Shown here: positions 40,293 to 44,183 of the stretch, one piece after another | Position numbering within the stretch: position 1 is the stretch's first letter | How the letters are laid out: the number at the start of each line of letters is the position of its first letter | Source: Candidatus Yonathbacteria bacterium | Lineage (GTDB): Bacteria > Patescibacteriota > Minisyncoccia > Phycocordibacterales > UBA1550 | DNA: 44,183 nt | NCBI GenBank assembly: GCA_016201355.1 | Contig: JACQCY010000011.1 | Span: 1 to 44,183, forward strand | Direction: 5' to 3' | Translations under genes and position numbers: made by a program | The notes under the pieces: generated by a model | Told to the model about the DNA's origin: nothing | The model's database searches: none | What the model saw: only the letters and a program-made list of their open reading frames with translations

Positions 40293-40321
40293 TTGCCAAT
40301 CTGCAGGGAATGAGGTAAGAT
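40293..40321 (+). promoter_or_regulatory. Putative promoter (TTGCCA-17 nt-TAAGAT) abutting the start codon
   Basis: TTGCCA 40293-40298, a 17-nt spacer, then TAAGAT 40316-40321. Only 7 nt separate it from ATG 40329. Confidence 0.4.
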
Positions 40322-40328
40322 ATACCAT

Positions 40329-41396
40329 ATGCAGACTCATCAAAAAGACACCGTTATTTCCATCACTTCGGGAACGATCATAAAGATCTTCGCTATTATG
40401 TTTGGGTTCTGGGCGCTTTGGGCGCTCCGCGACCTTGTGCTCGTGGTCATTATGGCGGTCATCATCGCGTCTTCTATTGAACCGATGGTAAATTTTTTAG
40501 GCAATTATCACATCCCGCGCGTGCCAGCGGTACTTATCATTTATGTGTTTACGGTGGGTTTGTTTGTCGGCATCTTTTATGCATTTGCTCCGCTCCTGAT
40601 CACCGAGCTTACCGATTTCTCTGAGAAACTCCCCTCCGTCGCGCAGGAACTCAATCTCGGCGCCTTTAGGGGAAACTCCGGCGCCATCAAGAAAGGGGAA
40701 ATGTTCATCGCGCAGGTTTCCGAAGGGGCTTCTCTCCAGGATTTGATTTTTTCTTTTGGTAAAATATTCAGCACCTCAAAGAGCTTCTTTGTAACCGCAG
40801 GGTCTATTTTGGGCGGGTTTTTCAGTTTTATTCTCATTATCATCCTCTCATTTTATTTTGCGGTGCAGAAAAATGGTATTGAAAATTTTTTAAAGATTGT
40901 CATCCCCTTTGACAAGGAAACTTATTTTATAGGTCTCTGGGAGCGTTCAAGAGAAAAGATCGGGAAATGGATGAAAGGACAGCTTCTTTTAGGAATTCTT
41001 ATTTTTGTTCTCGTCTATTTGGGACTCACTATTTTTGGCGTGCCCTATGCGTTTCTCCTCGCGATCCTTGCGGGTGTCCTTGAAATCATCCCTGTTTTCG
41101 GACCGATTATATCCGCAATTCCCGGAATTATTTTCGCTTTCAGCTCCGGCGGGGTGAGTCTTGCCGTCGTTGTTGCGGGATTTTACCTTCTTGTTCAACA
41201 GTTTGAAAGTCACCTCATCTATCCGCTCGTCGTTCGCAAGATTGTCGGGATTCCTCCTATCATGGTCATTCTCTCTTTGATTATTGGATTTGAACTCATC
41301 GGATTTATCGGTATTCTCATCTCGGTTCCCGTGATGGCGGTCATTATGGAGATTGTGGAGGATATTGAAAAAAGTAAAAGTGTCGCGCGCGCTTAA
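40329..41396 (+). CDS. AI-2E family transporter (PerM/UPF0118)
   Basis: 355 aa with about 8 TMs and the characteristic C-terminal region LAILAGVLEIIPVFGPIISAIPG. Confidence 0.82.
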   Translation: MQTHQKDTVISITSGTIIKIFAIMFGFWALWALRDLVLVVIMAVIIASSIEPMVNFLGNYHIPRVPAVLIIYVFTVGLFVGIFYAFAPLLITELTDFSEKLPSVAQELNLGAFRGNSGAIKKGEMFIAQVSEGASLQDLIFSFGKIFSTSKSFFVTAGSILGGFFSFILIIILSFYFAVQKNGIENFLKIVIPFDKETYFIGLWERSREKIGKWMKGQLLLGILIFVLVYLGLTIFGVPYAFLLAILAGVLEIIPVFGPIISAIPGIIFAFSSGGVSLAVVVAGFYLLVQQFESHLIYPLVVRKIVGIPPIMVILSLIIGFELIGFIGILISVPVMAVIMEIVEDIEKSKSVARA

Positions 41397-41397
41397 T

Positions 41398-41520
41398 AGA
41401 AAATAGTAATTTTAAATTACAAGTTTTAAATTACAAATGAAATCTAAATGACTAAATTTTAAAAAATTAAAATATTTAAAATTGATTTAAAATTTAAAAC
41501 TTAAAATTTATAATTTACTG
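41398..41520. repeat. Family-A element (copy 4)
   Basis: A one-mismatch 22-mer (TTTTAAATTACAAGTTTTAAAT) lies at 41410-41431. It shares AAATGAAATCTAAATGACTAAAT with copy 2. The right half AAAATTGATTTAAAATTTAAAACTTAAAATTT is complementary-like. Confidence 0.75.
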
Positions 41521-41537
41521 CTCGTTACTGCCCCCCT

Positions 41538-43082
41538 ATGGATAAAAAATTTTACATTACTGCGCCGATTTTTTACGCCAATGCGAAACTCCATATGGGG
41601 CACGCTTATTCACTCGTACTGTCGGATATCCTCGCGCGGTATCATCGTACAATAGGGGAGAAAACTTTTTTTGTTTCGGGAGCCGATGAGCACGGCGACA
41701 AGATCGTCCGCGCGGCGCAAAAAGAGGGTTTGGGACCGCAGGTTTTTGTGAATATTAAATTCGATGAGTTTAAAGAGCTCTCGGGCAAGCTCGGCATCTC
41801 GAACGATTTCTTTGTGCGGACATCGGACAAAGAATGTCATTGGCCCGGCGCTCAAAAACTTTGGCGCGCGCTTCTAGAAGCGGGTGATGTTTACAAGGAT
41901 GCTTATAAAGGTCTTTATTGCGTTGGGTGCGAGGCATTTATCACCGAGCATGAACTCGTAGACGGCAAGTGTCCACATCACGATACGGTTCCCGAGTCCA
42001 TCTCAGAAGAAAATTATTTTTTTAAGCTTTCAAAATATGCTCTGGAAATAAGGCAATTGATCAACGAGCGGAAGCTTAAAATCACTCCACACAGCAAGGC
42101 GAATGAGATGATCGCGCTTATTGATGAGGGGCTTAGTGATGTCAGCATTTCTCGCCCGGAAAAGGAAATTCCTTGGGGAGTTCCTGTTCCTGGTGACTCC
42201 TCTCATTTTATGTATGTATGGTGCGATGCGCTTTCAAGCTACCTTTCTGCTCTCGGATACGGGGGAGAAGACGATACAAACTTTCGTGAATTTTGGCCTG
42301 CAAATGTTCAGGTCATCGGTAAAGATATTATGCGTTTTCATACGCTCCTCTGGCCAGCTCTTCTCCTTTCCGCAAAGCTCCCCCTTCCTCAGGAGATTTT
42401 TGTGCACGGGTTTATCACTTCGGGAGGCAAGAAAATGTCAAAGTCAATCGGTAATGTTCTTGATCCTTATGAATTTATAAACGAATATGGGCTTGATGCT
42501 TTGCGTTACTATCTTGCGCGCGAAGTGGTCCCTACCGAAGACGGGGATTTGACCCACGAGAGATTTAAAGAAATTTATAATGCCAACCTCGCAAACGGCA
42601 TAGGAAATCTGGTCTCTCGCACGCTCAAGATGGCAGAGCAGTATTTTGGAGGAAACATCGCGGGGCAAAGAGAGAGCGTTCCTCCGCTCCGTACGCGCGC
42701 AGTTTTTGAAACTTCTGAGACGGAGATTGGTGGGTTTAATATTCCCTTTATCATTCAAAACAATATCCTTCCTCGTTACCATACTCATATGCAGGGCAAT
42801 GAAATCAATAAAGCGGCTGATGTGGTGTGGGAACTGGTGAGCCACCTCGATCACTTCATCACGGATTATGAACCATTCAAGCTTATAAAAACGGACAAAG
42901 AGATGACGGGAAAAGTTTTATGGGGGGTTATTGAGGGGATATTGCAGATTACGGATATGCTTATTCCCCTAATGCCCGATACGGCGCAAAAAATACGAGA
43001 GCTTATTAAAACAGAGGAGAAAGATGGAGAAACAACTTTTATCACAAAGACACCGGCAGAACCGTTGTTTGGTAGAAAATAG
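41538..43082 (+). CDS. metG: Methionine--tRNA ligase (no C-terminal tRNA-binding domain)
   Basis: HIGH-type ANAKLHMGHAYS, KMSKSIGN, and zinc knuckle CVGC..CPHH. Confidence 0.93.
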   Translation: MDKKFYITAPIFYANAKLHMGHAYSLVLSDILARYHRTIGEKTFFVSGADEHGDKIVRAAQKEGLGPQVFVNIKFDEFKELSGKLGISNDFFVRTSDKECHWPGAQKLWRALLEAGDVYKDAYKGLYCVGCEAFITEHELVDGKCPHHDTVPESISEENYFFKLSKYALEIRQLINERKLKITPHSKANEMIALIDEGLSDVSISRPEKEIPWGVPVPGDSSHFMYVWCDALSSYLSALGYGGEDDTNFREFWPANVQVIGKDIMRFHTLLWPALLLSAKLPLPQEIFVHGFITSGGKKMSKSIGNVLDPYEFINEYGLDALRYYLAREVVPTEDGDLTHERFKEIYNANLANGIGNLVSRTLKMAEQYFGGNIAGQRESVPPLRTRAVFETSETEIGGFNIPFIIQNNILPRYHTHMQGNEINKAADVVWELVSHLDHFITDYEPFKLIKTDKEMTGKVLWGVIEGILQITDMLIPLMPDTAQKIRELIKTEEKDGETTFITKTPAEPLFGRK

Positions 43083-43084
43083 CT

Positions 43085-43200
43085 GTAACAATTTTAAGTT
43101 TTAAATTACAAATTTTAAATCAGTTTTAAATATTTTAATTTTAAAACATTTAGTAATTTGGATTTCATTTAAAATTTAAAATTTGTAATTTAAAATTCAT
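43085..43200. repeat. Family-A element (copy 5), 22-bp perfect stem
   Basis: 43099-43120 is the exact reverse complement of 43174-43195. Block 43144-43197 matches 8889-8942 at 53 of 54 positions. Confidence 0.85.
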
Positions 43201-43210
43201 TCACGATCCC

Positions 43211-44044
43211 ATGCTTCCTCAATACTTCGACATTCATGCGCATCTAAATCTTCCAGCGTTTGATGACGACAGGATTGAGGCGCTCAAGCGGGCAGAGGCG
43301 CATAGCGTATGGTCTATACAGGTTGGGACTAATCAAAAGAGCTCTCAAGGGGCGACCATGATTGCCTCATTCATTGAGGATGGGGTGTTCGCATCAATTG
43401 GCGTGCATCCGGCGGAGAGTGGAGATGGTAGATTTTCTGAACATCTTTTTAATGAGCTGGTGAAATGCTCTCGCGTGGTTGCAATAGGAGAATGCGGTCT
43501 CGATTATTCGCATTTCGATGGAGAAAAAGATATTGTTGCGGAAAAAATTCGTCAGAAGAAACTTCTTGAAACACAAATTGATTTTGCCGTCGCGCATAAC
43601 TTGCCCTTGATGCTCCATATCCGTGATAGTGACAAGTTACTCGCTGATGCGCATCACGACACGCTCGCCATCCTTCGCCAGAAAAAAGAAGTTGAAGGTT
43701 CTCGTCTGCGCGGAAATGTTCATTTCTTTTCACAAACAATAGATATTGCTCGTGAATATTTTAATCTCGATTTTTCCATTTCTTTTACGGGAGTGATTTC
43801 GTTTGCTCGTGAATATGACGAGGTTATTCGTCTGGCGCCCATCGATAGCATTATGTCCGAGACCGATTGTCCTTATGCTACCCCCGTTCCGTATCGTGGC
43901 AAACGCAATGAACCGATTTTCGTTGAGGAAGTAGTGAAAAAGATCGCTGAGATTCGCGGTGAAGATTTCGAGACGGTCCGCAAAGCCCTCGTCCAAAATG
44001 CTTTAAGAATTTTTAATATAAAGCCTCTGAAATATAGGGGTTAG
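43211..44044 (+). CDS. tatD: TatD-family metal-dependent hydrolase/DNase
   Basis: FDIHAHLN, IGECGLDY, LMLHIRD and SETDCPY. Confidence 0.88.
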   Translation: MLPQYFDIHAHLNLPAFDDDRIEALKRAEAHSVWSIQVGTNQKSSQGATMIASFIEDGVFASIGVHPAESGDGRFSEHLFNELVKCSRVVAIGECGLDYSHFDGEKDIVAEKIRQKKLLETQIDFAVAHNLPLMLHIRDSDKLLADAHHDTLAILRQKKEVEGSRLRGNVHFFSQTIDIAREYFNLDFSISFTGVISFAREYDEVIRLAPIDSIMSETDCPYATPVPYRGKRNEPIFVEEVVKKIAEIRGEDFETVRKALVQNALRIFNIKPLKYRG

Positions 44045-44183
44045 CATAAGTTCACATACATATGAGAATTCTCTACGGCCTAACAATGCCAAAAAATGAG
44101 AATTTTCAACAAATTTAGAAATACCAAAGGATTCATCTCGATGTATACTCATATTCTAAAAACAAAGAATATGAACGAAGAAA

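Noticed and set aside
1-44183. Alternative genetic code (UGA recoding, as in some CPR lineages)
   Set aside because: All conserved genes (aaRS genes, gyrB, ribosomal proteins) read through at full length with standard stops. No in-frame TGA is needed.

Overview
This 44.2-kb chromosomal segment looks like a reduced CPR/Patescibacteria-type (Parcubacteria-like) genome. That placement is an inference from gene content: domain-trimmed housekeeping proteins, almost no Shine-Dalgarno (SD) sites, a VKOR+DsbA pair, and secE-nusG-rplK not followed by rplA. There are about 45 protein genes, nearly all on the + strand, and the conserved genes read through under the standard code. Content is mainly information processing and the cell envelope: ABC exporter, rpsB-tsf, tRNA-Thr(UGU), pheS-pheT, mraY, gyrB, pgi, a His-kinase/receiver pair, SIMPL, secE-nusG-rplK, tmk, argS, ileS, recO, glyQS, M16 peptidase, AI-2E permease, metG and tatD. 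Six items stand out. (1) ileS (1164 aa) carries a complete histidine-phosphatase (PGM-like) domain of about 195 aa inserted in its catalytic core. (2) At the expected rplK|rplA junction lies a low-CGCG tract encoding a CYTH protein and an SD-led, translationally coupled pair: a dCMP deaminase and a 460-aa three-module thymidylate-synthase-like protein (MtrA-N-like + ThyA core + DUF4346-like tail). tmk follows directly. (3) Almost every intergenic spacer holds a long AT-rich hairpin built from short repeated words, including two dispersed families with exact 21-22-mers and a 53/54-identical 54-nt block. (4) Several genes show decay: asnB is split and lacks its PP-loop, a deoxyhypusine-synthase C-terminal fragment sits after pheT, and a CDF transporter carries an in-frame stop plus a frameshift. 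(5) There are small unannotated genes: secE, a 57-aa Cys-rich metallothionein-like peptide, and a 50-aa SD-led ORF framed by inverted repeats next to the tRNA. (6) Promoter-like boxes abut start codons, suggesting leaderless expression of native genes, while SDs mark accessory genes. All family assignments come from motifs read by eye, and none has been checked by a database search.
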